Below are positions 13,108 to 22,401 of a stretch of 64,000 nucleotides of DNA, one piece after another. The translations under genes and the position numbers were made by a program. Source of the DNA: Tubulanus polymorphus (Eukaryota; Animalia; Nemertea); the NCBI RefSeq assembly GCF_964204645.1, contig NC_134030.1, positions 14,694,110-14,758,109 on the forward strand. Direction: 5' to 3'. The notes under the pieces are model-generated. The model was not told the DNA's origin. It searched no databases and saw only the letters and a list, made by a program, of their open reading frames with translations. Positions within the stretch are counted from its first letter, which is position 1, and every line of letters starts with the position of its first letter.

Positions 13108-14412
13108 AATATGTAAAATCAATTTTAATAAAAAATTTGATATTAAAATGGAAGCAAATAAGTACTACTGTTCAACATCTAAAATTGATATAGATAAATC
13201 TCAAAAAGCAAGACATAATAAAACTAAAACACACTTAGAAAATAAATTAAAGTTAGAATATAGAGATGATATATTAGAAACTAAATTAGATGAATTAAAG
13301 AATGAAAAAGAAATATATAAATGTGATACATGTAATCAATTCAGCGACAAAAGATATTATAAAGAACATTTAAAATCTAAAAGTCATATTAGAAATATTA
13401 ATAATGATATTTTAGGTGAAAAATATTTTGATAAAGATATTGATAAGAAACAGAAGACAATTAAAAGAATAAAAGATAAATTAAACAATAAAAGACCATA
13501 CATGGAAGATGTAAGAAATTATATTTATTCATTAGATAGGCCTAATAAAAAAGAAATAGAAATAACCGAAGCATTCAAAAGTGATATTGGACCAGCTGCA
13601 ATTGAATTTAAATTTCATAAAGGCAAAACTTTAGAAGAAAATAAAAAGCATTTAGAAAATATGAAAAAAATTATAAGAATAATTACTGATGTTGAATACC
13701 CTAAAATTAGTATATCTTCTAAAGTTAAATTTATAAAATCTGAAGATAAACCAATATATAATATAAATTTTCATTCACAACATATTATATCTAAACAACA
13801 TATAGATGATAGATTAAATAAATGTTATAATGAAATAAAAAGTAAAATAGAAGAGAAATATTTTGAAGGATCAGGTTAAATATTTGATGAAATAATATTT
13901 ATGACATTACATGTTTATAACACAAAATATAATAAGTTAACTAAATCGAAACCAATTGACGAAAATAATTTATCATATTATAAAGATGATAATATAAATG
14001 GATCAAGTTATATCAAATTACCATTTAAAACTAATGCTGTAATAAATGTACAAAATTCTGATGATAAATGTTTTCTATGGACAATTATAAGTTGCTTACA
14101 CCCAACAGAAGATATTACACATAGTTTTAGATTAACAAATTATAAACCATTTGAAAATAATTATAAGATGGATAATTATCCTGTTAGAATTAAAAATATC
14201 CCAAAAATAGAAAGAGATAATAATATAAAGATAAATGTGTTTGATTTAGTCAAATTGCCAAAAACAAAAGGTAATAAAATTGAACATTTTACATTAGAAC
14301 CTTTATACCTGTCAAAAGATTATGATTCAAATGGTGTTATAGATATATTATAGGCCTATTATGAAAATCATTATATGTGGATTAAACAAATAGATTTATT
14401 TTTTAGAACAGA

Positions 14413-14840
14413 TGTAAGGAATAATTCCTGAAATTCTGCTTTATTGTATTCTGTATACTGTATTTGATATATTTCTATGGTTGTTATTTCATGGTTTCTG
14501 GTCATGGTAATTCTATAGCCTGAGAATTTGTATAGTTCAATAGATATATCAGATATTGAGATTTTTGGTCACTTGTTATATGGATTTAGACCTGTAAGGT
14601 TGTGTTGCTGTATTTGAGTAAAGGGTGAAGATTTAAATTGAAGGTTTAGACAGCCAAATATTACGGTAAATTGCTAATATAAAGATATTCTCTTATGTCA
14701 ATAATTATACAAATTTATTTATGGTAAGTTTCTATTTGTTTGTAGTTAATCGTGCATCCGTGTTTGTGACGTCTGAAAATAAATGTCCTAATGATTTTTT
14801 GCCACGGAACATGAATCTTACGTATCGGTTGATCTTCACA
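14413..14840 (+). repeat. 5' LTR of BEL/Pao element 1
   Basis: TGTAAGGAATAA...GATCTTCACA, near-identical to 20786-21213. Confidence 0.95.
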
Positions 14841-14856
14841 TTTTATTAACGTAATA

Positions 14857-16938
14857 ATGGCTACAGCAGCAACTGGCCAACAAGATGTTAGGCCAAAAGA
14901 AACAAGAAATAGGTCGCTGACCGAAAAAGGTGTCGAATACCAGAAGGAGAATAAACTGAAAGATAGAAAAAGTCTCCTGAAGAAGCTGAACAACCTGTCT
15001 AGTACTCTTCTGTCAGTTATTGAGCACAGTGACTATGATGTTGTCCAGAATTCATACAAAGACTGGATCAAGACGTACGAGAATTTCTTGCAAGTTTCAG
15101 ATGAGTACTGTCTTCTACTCAGTTCTAAAGAAAAAGAGAATTTGTCGGTCGAAAGTAACGAGATGAATACATACTTCAACCAAGTCAAAATGGCGGCTGA
15201 AAATACTTTGTCGGTACTCGCAAGATCGAAACGGTCTGCTGAATCCAGGAAGTCTGTTAGATCAAAAGCTAGTTCAGTACGCTCTGATTTGAGTAAGGGT
15301 AGCTCCATAATATCTGCTCGTTTGAAAGAAGAACAGAGAAAAGCAGAGCTTAATGTCTTGCTGAATAGTATGAAGAAAAAACAGACTCTTGAGCTTGAGA
15401 AATTGCGGCTGAAACAACAAGAAGAGTTTTTAGATTTGAATACGCAGCTGGAAGTTAGTGAAGCGAAGAGTAACGTGATTGAAACACTTTTAGATAGGGA
15501 ATCGAATAAGTCAATGATTGATGATAAATCGTTCCTTCCTGAACCATTTCCTACATTTCTGAAAAATGAAATAGCTGAAAATGATGGTTCTTACAGACCT
15601 TTGAATCCACGTGCTACTACGTTCATGCCATCTGATGTCGGAAGCGTTGTTAATGCGGAACCAAGAGGTCTAGATTCGATTGTGAAGCATATCAAAAAGC
15701 CGTTTGTTGAAATAAAAAAATTTGACGGAAATCCTCTTGAATACCGGCGTTTCATCCGTCAGTTCAATTCTAGAATTGCTGAGAATACGGACGACGACGA
15801 TGAACGGCTAAACTTTCTCGAACAATTCACAATTGGTGAGGCAAATAGAATTGTAACAGGTCTTAGCTATATTGGTTCAACACGAGGATACCAAGCTGTT
15901 CTTACAGAGTTTGAAGAACGATACGGTGACTCGGCGATCATTGCAAATGCTTTGTTAAAGAAAGCTATAAACTGGCCTATGATTAAGTCAGACAACAGTA
16001 AAGGCTTGGACGAATTCTCGATTTTCTTGTTAGAAGTAGAGAATGCTGTGAAAGATATAGATGCATTGAAACTTCTTGAGTACCCTGACAATCTGAGGAA
16101 GTTGGTGGGTAAATTACCATGGTCGCTTCAAGATAGATGGAGAACTATAGTACAGACAACGCGCTCTGCTGGTAATACTATAAATCTGAATACCTTAGTG
16201 AGTTTTGTACGGAAGGAGTCAAAAAAGGTGAACGACCCGATTTTTGGTAAAGATATGATGGCTGCTGCGTTAGATCAGAAGAAAGACAAAAAGTCTCTGC
16301 GAATATCACAGGGTAGCCGAAATACTGTTGCTGCACAGACGGGGAGCATTTCTCATACGAATCAACAAAACTCATTTAATCTTGCATTGAAGAAACCATG
16401 TATATACTGCGCTGGCGATCATGTATTAAATGATTGTAAAGACCTGTCTAATGTGGTCTTTGAAGAAAAAATATCTTTTCTTAAAAGAAAAGGCCTCTGT
16501 TGGGGTTGTCTCCGATCTGGACATCAGAAGAGAAATTGTAGATTGAAGATGAACTGTGATATATGTAAACGGTTGCATCCAAGTGTACTGCATGATGATT
16601 CTAGGTCACTTCCTGAAAACCCAGCAATTATGACACGAAGAGATCAGAATCAGAACACGATATCAGATGTAAAAGATGGAATTCCCTGTGGCGCCATAAA
16701 TGATGGTGAAAAGAAGACAGATGGATTCTGTACTATGGCTATACTTCCAGTTAGAGTGAAAGTGAAGGGAAGAATTCCAGAAGTGATAACTTTCGCCTTC
16801 CTAGATCCTGGAAGTAGTATTTCTTTTTGTACTTCGTCGTTGTTGAAGCAGATCGGCGGTATTGGCAAGAAAGTGAGATTGAATCTCGACACTATGGCGA
16901 GGTCTACAATGCTTGATACTCAGATTGTTCATTGTTAA
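14857..16938 (+). CDS. gag: BEL/Pao Gag (DUF1759-like region, triple Cys/His knuckles) plus start of aspartic protease
   Basis: KFDGNPLEY..F, CIYC..DH...C, CWGCLRSGH...C, CDIC...HPSVLH, and the protease motif FLDPGSSISF. Confidence 0.92.
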   Translation: MATAATGQQDVRPKETRNRSLTEKGVEYQKENKLKDRKSLLKKLNNLSSTLLSVIEHSDYDVVQNSYKDWIKTYENFLQVSDEYCLLLSSKEKENLSVESNEMNTYFNQVKMAAENTLSVLARSKRSAESRKSVRSKASSVRSDLSKGSSIISARLKEEQRKAELNVLLNSMKKKQTLELEKLRLKQQEEFLDLNTQLEVSEAKSNVIETLLDRESNKSMIDDKSFLPEPFPTFLKNEIAENDGSYRPLNPRATTFMPSDVGSVVNAEPRGLDSIVKHIKKPFVEIKKFDGNPLEYRRFIRQFNSRIAENTDDDDERLNFLEQFTIGEANRIVTGLSYIGSTRGYQAVLTEFEERYGDSAIIANALLKKAINWPMIKSDNSKGLDEFSIFLLEVENAVKDIDALKLLEYPDNLRKLVGKLPWSLQDRWRTIVQTTRSAGNTINLNTLVSFVRKESKKVNDPIFGKDMMAAALDQKKDKKSLRISQGSRNTVAAQTGSISHTNQQNSFNLALKKPCIYCAGDHVLNDCKDLSNVVFEEKISFLKRKGLCWGCLRSGHQKRNCRLKMNCDICKRLHPSVLHDDSRSLPENPAIMTRRDQNQNTISDVKDGIPCGAINDGEKKTDGFCTMAILPVRVKVKGRIPEVITFAFLDPGSSISFCTSSLLKQIGGIGKKVRLNLDTMARSTMLDTQIVHC

Positions 16939-19900
16939 GAAGTCAGAGGTTTGGAAACTGAAGACGTAGTTTTCATGCCTGCTGTTTATACTACAGAGCA
17001 GATGCCAGTTTCACCACTGCATGTGCCAACAGAAGATGACATCCGTAAATGGTCGCACATGAGTGATGTTAAATTGCCTAAGATAGATGCAGAAATTGGT
17101 CTGTTGATTGGCAATAATATTGCGGATGCATACACACCGTTCGAGTTACGGACAGGCCCTGCTGGATCACCACATGCTTCCAGAACCAGACTAGGATGGG
17201 TCGCCTGGAATGTTATTAGATCTGGTGATGAAGACGATGATATAGTTACCGACACTGTTGACAAAATCAGCTGTGCTGTGAGTTCTCTTGATCAATTGGT
17301 TCAGGAAGCTATAGATTTTGACTTTCCTGAGCGAATTGCTGAAGATAAAAAACAATGGTCAGTTGAAGATCATAAATTTATGACGATGATGGAGTCCAAT
17401 GTAAAAATAGAGAATGGACAGTACCAATTACCAATGCCATGGCGTGACAAGAATTTGAGGTTTCCCAATAATATTCGGCATGCTGAGAAACGACTGTCAA
17501 ATCTGAAAAATAAGCTGTTGAAAAATGACAAGTTTCGACATGACTATAATGTCTTTATGGACAATATATTGGCTAAAGGCTACGCGGAACAGGTTCCTAA
17601 TGAAGATTTACGTTTGGAAAATGGTCGTATATGGTATATACCTCATCACGGGGTATATCACCCCAAAAAACCTGAAAAAGTCCGTGTCGTTTTCGATTGT
17701 CCTGCACTTTATGGTGGAGTGTCTTTGAATTCTCAATTGTTACAAGGGCCAGATTTGACTAACACTTTGGTTGGTGTGTTGATACGTTTCAGACAAGAAA
17801 GAACCGCAATAATGGCAGATATAGAATCTATGTTTTATAGAGTAAGGGTTGCACCGGATGATAAAGACTGCTTGAGATTCTTATGGTGGCCGGATGGTGA
17901 TTTGAACAAGAAAGCCATACCATTCCGTATGTTAGTTCACTTATTTGGGGCAATCTCATCCCCGAGTTGTTCTAACTGGGCTTTACGCCGGACAGCCACT
18001 GACAACGTTAGCAAGTATGAAGTAGAAGTTACCAATACAGTCTTGAAAAACTTCTATCTTGATGACTGTTTGAAGTCTCGTGTACAAGATGGTCAAAATC
18101 CAGAATTTGTGATGAGACTGATATCTCTGTGTAAAGAAGGGGGCTTTCGACTCACCAAGTTTGTAAGTAATGATCGTTTTGTAATTGAAAGTTTGCCAGA
18201 AGAAGAGCTTGCTAAATCTTGCAAGGAGTTGAAGAGTCTGGATTTTGGTTCGCCAACAGAAAGAGCATTGGGCGTCCACTGGAATATAGAGAACGACACT
18301 TATGGCTTCAGGATAACTTCTAAGCATCAACCAAATACACGCAGAGGGATTTTGTCAACGGTCAGCACAGTCTATGATCCTTTGGGTATTGCTGCCCCAT
18401 ATGTACTGCCGGTGAAAATTCTGCTACAGGACTTATGTAGAGAGAAGCTTTCATGGGGTGAAGAAATTCCTGAAAAATATCTGAAAGTTTGGGAGAAATG
18501 GCAGGAAGGTTTACCTGGCCTTGAAGAGTTGGCTATATCACGATGCTTCAAACCTCATGGTTCTTCGAAATCTTGTCAGCTGCATCATTTTGCGGACGCA
18601 AGTAATGTTGGGTACGGCACTGTATCATATTTGCGCCTTGAAGATGAAAATGGTCAAGTACATTGTTGTTTTATATTTGCTAAAAGCAGAGTAGCTCCTT
18701 TGAAGAAAATGACAGTTCCTAGGATGGAATTAGCTGCAGCTGCATTACTGATTAAGATGAATAAGATGATGTTGGAAGAATTGGAGTACAGTGTTTCAAA
18801 TGTATATTTTTGGAGCGACAGCACTGCAGTACTGAAATATATTGCTAATGAGACTGCTCGTTATCACACTTTCGTAGCGAATAGAGTGAATTTAATTAGA
18901 GATGGTTCAAGTATTCAGCAGTGGAAGTTTGTAGATGGTCATCTGAACCCAGCAGATTATGCGTCTAGGGGTTTGTCACTGGATTGTATAGAACAAAACT
19001 CAGTAGTATGGTTACACGGCCCGGAGTTCCTTTGGAAGCCAATATCTGAGTGGCCATGTCAACACGGTGTTTTACGGTCCCTGAGTGATGATGATGTTGA
19101 GTTGAAGAAGACTTCTAATGCTGTACTTTCGGTTTCTGATGATGATCCTATAAAACATCTATTTAACTACTACTCAAGCTGGCATAGACTCAAACGTGCC
19201 GTTGCATGGTTTTTAAGGTTGAAAGATTGTTTGCTGTTGAGAGTAAGTAAACGTCTTTCTGGTGAAAACGCTAATGCTGAACGATTGAATACCAATAAGC
19301 TGAGTACTGATGATCTTCAAAAAGCCGAGCTGGCAATTATTAAATGCGTACAGGAAGATTATTTCAGGAAAGAATTAGTGATTCTCCGTTCAAATGATAG
19401 AAAGTTGATTCCCAGAGGTAGTCAATTGTATCAACTAGATCCTGTTTTAGAAGACGATATAATCCGTGTTGGTGGTCGGCTGAGAAAAGCATATTTTCTT
19501 GAATATGAACAACGACATCCGGTTGTATTGCCTAGATGTTCTCATGTGTCGAAATTGATATTGTTGAGTGTTCATGCATCGGTCGGGCATCTTGGTAAAA
19601 ACTCAATGTTAGCCCGATTGCGCGAGCGTTACTGGATTTTAAGGGCTAATCAACTGGTTAAGGATATAACGAGGAAATGTGTTTTATGTAAAAAGTACCG
19701 TGGTCAAGTTTGTAATCAGAAGATGGCAGATCTTCCTCAAGAGCGATTGTTGCCTGACAATCCGCCATTTACTAATACGGGAACAGATTACTTTGGCCCG
19801 TTTGAGGTAAAACGGGGTCGTTGTATTGAGAAGCGTTATGGTGTTATCTTCACCTGCCTGGTAACTAGGGCTGTTCATTTGGAGGTCTCGCCTACTCTGG

Positions 19901-20676
19901 CCACATCTGGTTGTATTAACGCTTATCGCAGATTTATCGCACGACGTGGAAATGTACGTCTAATTCGATCTGATAATGGAACCAATTTTGTTGGAACCAA
20001 TCGAGAGCTACAGAGGAATATTGATTGTTGGAATAAGGACCAAATCCATGATTTCTTATTGCAGAACAATGTCAAGTGGATTTTTAATCCTCCAGGTGCG
20101 AGTCACTTTGGAGGTGTATGGGAACGCCTCATTCGTTCCGTCCGTAAAATCTTGTTTTCATTGATGAAAGAACAAGGTTCAAATCTAAATGATGATAATT
20201 TATCCACATTGTTCTGTGAGGTCGAGTCGATTTTGAATAGTCGACCTATATCTACGTTATCAAATGATCCAAATGATCTACAACCTTTAACCCCGAATCA
20301 CCTATTACTGTTACACAAAGGATCTACTTTTCCCCCCGGACTATTTGACAAATCCGATTTATATACTCGACGTCGTTGGAGGCAAGTTCAGCATATTGCG
20401 AATGTTTTCTGGAAGCGGTGGACATCTGAGTATTTGCATCTCCTGCAGATTCGCAGTAAATGGAATACTGCGAAACGAAACGTATGTGTTGGAGATATTG
20501 TCTTCATCGTCGATGGATCCATCCGTAACTCGTGGACTCTATCGCGTATTTCAGAAGTCCATCGTGATCGAAAAGGTTTTGTTCGTTCGGCTTCAGTAAG
20601 AACGGCAAAGGGTACTATTTTTCAGCGTCCTATTGATAAGCTGTGCGTTCTCGTCGAAAATGAAATTAAACTTTAG
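16939..20676 (+). CDS. pol: BEL/Pao Pol (protease end, RT, RNase H, integrase), in frame with gag across one TAA
   Basis: WYIPHHGV..K.RVVFD, ADIESMF, HLFGAISSP, FYLDD, HHFADAS, DYFGP, SDNGTNF, GGVWERLI. Confidence 0.95.
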   Translation, partial: EVRGLETEDVVFMPAVYTTEQMPVSPLHVPTEDDIRKWSHMSDVKLPKIDAEIGLLIGNNIADAYTPFELRTGPAGSPHASRTRLGWVAWNVIRSGDEDDDIVTDTVDKISCAVSSLDQLVQEAIDFDFPERIAEDKKQWSVEDHKFMTMMESNVKIENGQYQLPMPWRDKNLRFPNNIRHAEKRLSNLKNKLLKNDKFRHDYNVFMDNILAKGYAEQVPNEDLRLENGRIWYIPHHGVYHPKKPEKVRVVFDCPALYGGVSLNSQLLQGPDLTNTLVGVLIRFRQERTAIMADIESMFYRVRVAPDDKDCLRFLWWPDGDLNKKAIPFRMLVHLFGAISSPSCSNWALRRTATDNVSKYEVEVTNTVLKNFYLDDCLKSRVQDGQNPEFVMRLISLCKEGGFRLTKFVSNDRFVIESLPEEELAKSCKELKSLDFGSPTERALGVHWNIENDTYGFRITSKHQPNTRRGILSTVSTVYDPLGIAAPYVLPVKILLQDLCREKLSWGEEIPEKYLKVWEKWQEGLPGLEELAISRCFKPHGSSKSCQLHHFADASNVGYGTVSYLRLEDENGQVHCCFIFAKSRVAPLKKMTVPRMELAAAALLIKMNKMMLEELEYSVSNVYFWSDSTAVLKYIANETARYHTFVANRVNLIRDGSSIQQWKFVDGHLNPADYASRGLSLDCIEQNSVVWLHGPEFLWKPISEWPCQHGVLRSLSDDDVELKKTSNAVLSVSDDDPIKHLFNYYSSWHRLKRAVAWFLRLKDCLLLRVSKRLSGENANAERLNTNKLSTDDLQKAELAIIKCVQEDYFRKELVILRSNDRKLIPRGSQLYQLDPVLEDDIIRVGGRLRKAYFLEYEQRHPVVLPRCSHVSKLILLSVHASVGHLGKNSMLARLRERYWILRANQLVKDITRKCVLCKKYRGQVCNQKMADLPQERLLPDNPPFTNTGTDYFGPFEVKRGRCIEKRYGVIFTCLVTRAVHLEVSPTLATSGCINAYRRFIARRGNVRLIRSDNGTNFVGTNRELQRNIDCWNKDQIHDFLLQNNVKWIFNPPGASHFGGVWERLIRSVRKILFSLMKEQGSNLNDDNLSTLFCEVESILNSRPISTLSNDPNDLQPLTPNHLLLLHKGSTFPPGLFDKSDLYTRRRWRQVQHIANVFWKRWTSEYLHLLQIRSKWNTAKRNVCVGDIVFIVDGSIRNSWTLSRISEVHRDRKGFVRSASVRTAKGTIFQRPIDKLCVLVENEIKL

Positions 20677-20785
20677 ATTCTCTTTGTTACTTTAGATTCA
20701 TCGTGCTTAACAGTCAAGAATAGGTTTTTGTTTTTGGACATTATCGTTATTATGTTAATTGAGTTTCTCAATTAGGGGGCGGGTA

Positions 20786-21213
20786 TGTAAGGAATAATTC
20801 CTGAAATTCTGCTTTATTGTATTCTGTATACTGTATTTGATATATTTCTATGGTTGTTATTTCATGGTTTCTGGTCATGGTAATTCTATAGCCTGAGAAT
20901 TTGTATAGTTCAATAGATATATCAGATATTGAGATTTTTGGTCACTTGTTATATGGATTTAGACCTGTAAGGTTGTGTTGCTGTATTTGAGTAAAGGGTG
21001 AAGATTTAAATTGAAGGTTTAGACAGCCAAATATTACGGTAAATTGCTAATATAAAGATATTCTCTTATGTCAATAATTATACAAATTTATTTATGGTAA
21101 TTTTCTATTTGTTTGTAGTTAATCGTGCATCCGTGTTTGTGACGTCTGAAAATAAATGTCCTAATGATTTTTTGCCACGGAACATGAATCTTACGTATCG
21201 GTTGATCTTCACA
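20786..21213 (+). repeat. 3' LTR of BEL/Pao element 1
   Basis: Matches the 5' LTR; one substitution noticed by eye (GGTAAGTTT versus GGTAATTTT). Confidence 0.95.
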
Positions 21214-22401
21214 ACAGATAATAATCACAATAAAATATATCTATGTAGAAAATGTATAACTAAACTCAGTAATGAAAAGGCATTATTAAATCATAAACAA
21301 TTATGTGAAAATCATGATTATTGTAAAATAGCTTTACCAAATGAAAAGGAAAAAGTATTAGAATTCAAAAATATGATTTCAAGAATAAAGTACCATTTGT
21401 AATATATGGAGATTTTGAATCACTCAATAAAGAATTAACTGATCAAGATAGAAAAGAAATATATTATAAAAGAAAGAAATTAAATTCTAATGAAAATGAT
21501 GTAATTGATTATTCAGATCCTCTAATAACAAATACAATTAAAAAGATTCATCAATCAGCTGCAGCTTTTGGATTATATATAAAATCTGATTATCCAGAAC
21601 TAATCAAAAGTGAATATTATCATTATAGAAATGAAAATGTTATCAATCATTTTTGTGACTTATTAATTGAGTATGAAATAAAATTTAATAAAAAGTTAAA
21701 TGAAAATAAAGAAATAATTATGACAGAAGAAGATAAAGAAGAATTTGAGTTTGCTGATAAATGTTATTATTGTGAAAAGATATTCAATATATAGAACATA
21801 TGAAACAATTTCGGGCAAATAATCCAGAACATAATAAAGCGTATAATAACAATTATCAAAAAAAAGATATCAAACAGATTATAATTACAAATGTCGCGAA
21901 ACTCATAAAAATGAAAAATAATTCTCACACGCTCGAATTTATTTTTCATTTTTTATGAGTATAACTCCTAATTCAAGTAGAAATTGTTATTATTTTCATG
22001 TTTTTCATTTTTACGAGCTCGACCGTTCGACCTTTGGTATAGAACAACTAAACCCCTATTACTGACTTGATATTCGAAAATGTAATGACACCAGTAGAAA
22101 TCAATGTCATTATTTTTGCTCACTCAACCATTTAACCTTTAGTATAGAACAACTTAACCCCTATTACTCTTAAAATATTTATATATATGAATAACATTTT
22201 AATTGACAGATTATTCAATATAAAAGTGTTAGTAAAGTGTGAGCTCTTATAGAATAGATATATAGATATATTTTAAACATTATTTCAATATTTATATTTG
22301 TATGAGTTAGATTTTTAAACATTAAAAGTGTGATTGAAATAATACATGATATAAATCATTGAACTTCTAAAATCAATTTGAAAAAAAAATTTAGTATTAA
22401 A

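Larger units (their letters stand above)
14413..21213 (+). mobile_element. BEL/Pao LTR retrotransposon, full-length and young
   Basis: 428-bp TG...CA LTRs. 5-bp TSD ACAGA (14408-14412 and 21214-21218). Polypurine tract AGGGGGCGGG before the 3' LTR. Gag-PR-RT-RH-IN order. Confidence 0.97.
13148..21790 (+). pseudogene. polB: pPolB polyprotein 5' half, copy A; split by BEL/Pao and truncated in the HNH module
   Basis: Homologous to copy B at 22402-24225. Reading resumes after the LTR at 21214 (TDNNHNKIYLCRKC). Frameshifts and stops. Confidence 0.9.
12286..22063 (+). mobile_element. Polinton/adintovirus-like element, copy A (internally deleted, interrupted by BEL/Pao)
   Basis: Starts AGTAATAGGG and ends CCCCTATTACT. 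The left ATACCAAAGGTCGAACGGTCGAG is the exact reverse complement of 22018-22040. Contains the small OB-like gene and the 5' half of pPolB. Confidence 0.8.

Noticed and set aside
16930-16960. Programmed gag-pol stop-codon readthrough
   Set aside because: The TAA lies inside the protease domain (VHC*EVRGLE, one change from a Leu codon), and BEL/Pao elements usually have a single ORF; a nonsense mutation is more likely.
12280-22069. 6-bp Polinton TSD for copy A (GATATG versus GACTTG)
   Set aside because: Only 4 of 6 match and the exact left terminus is uncertain (an AGAGAG also occurs at 12265).
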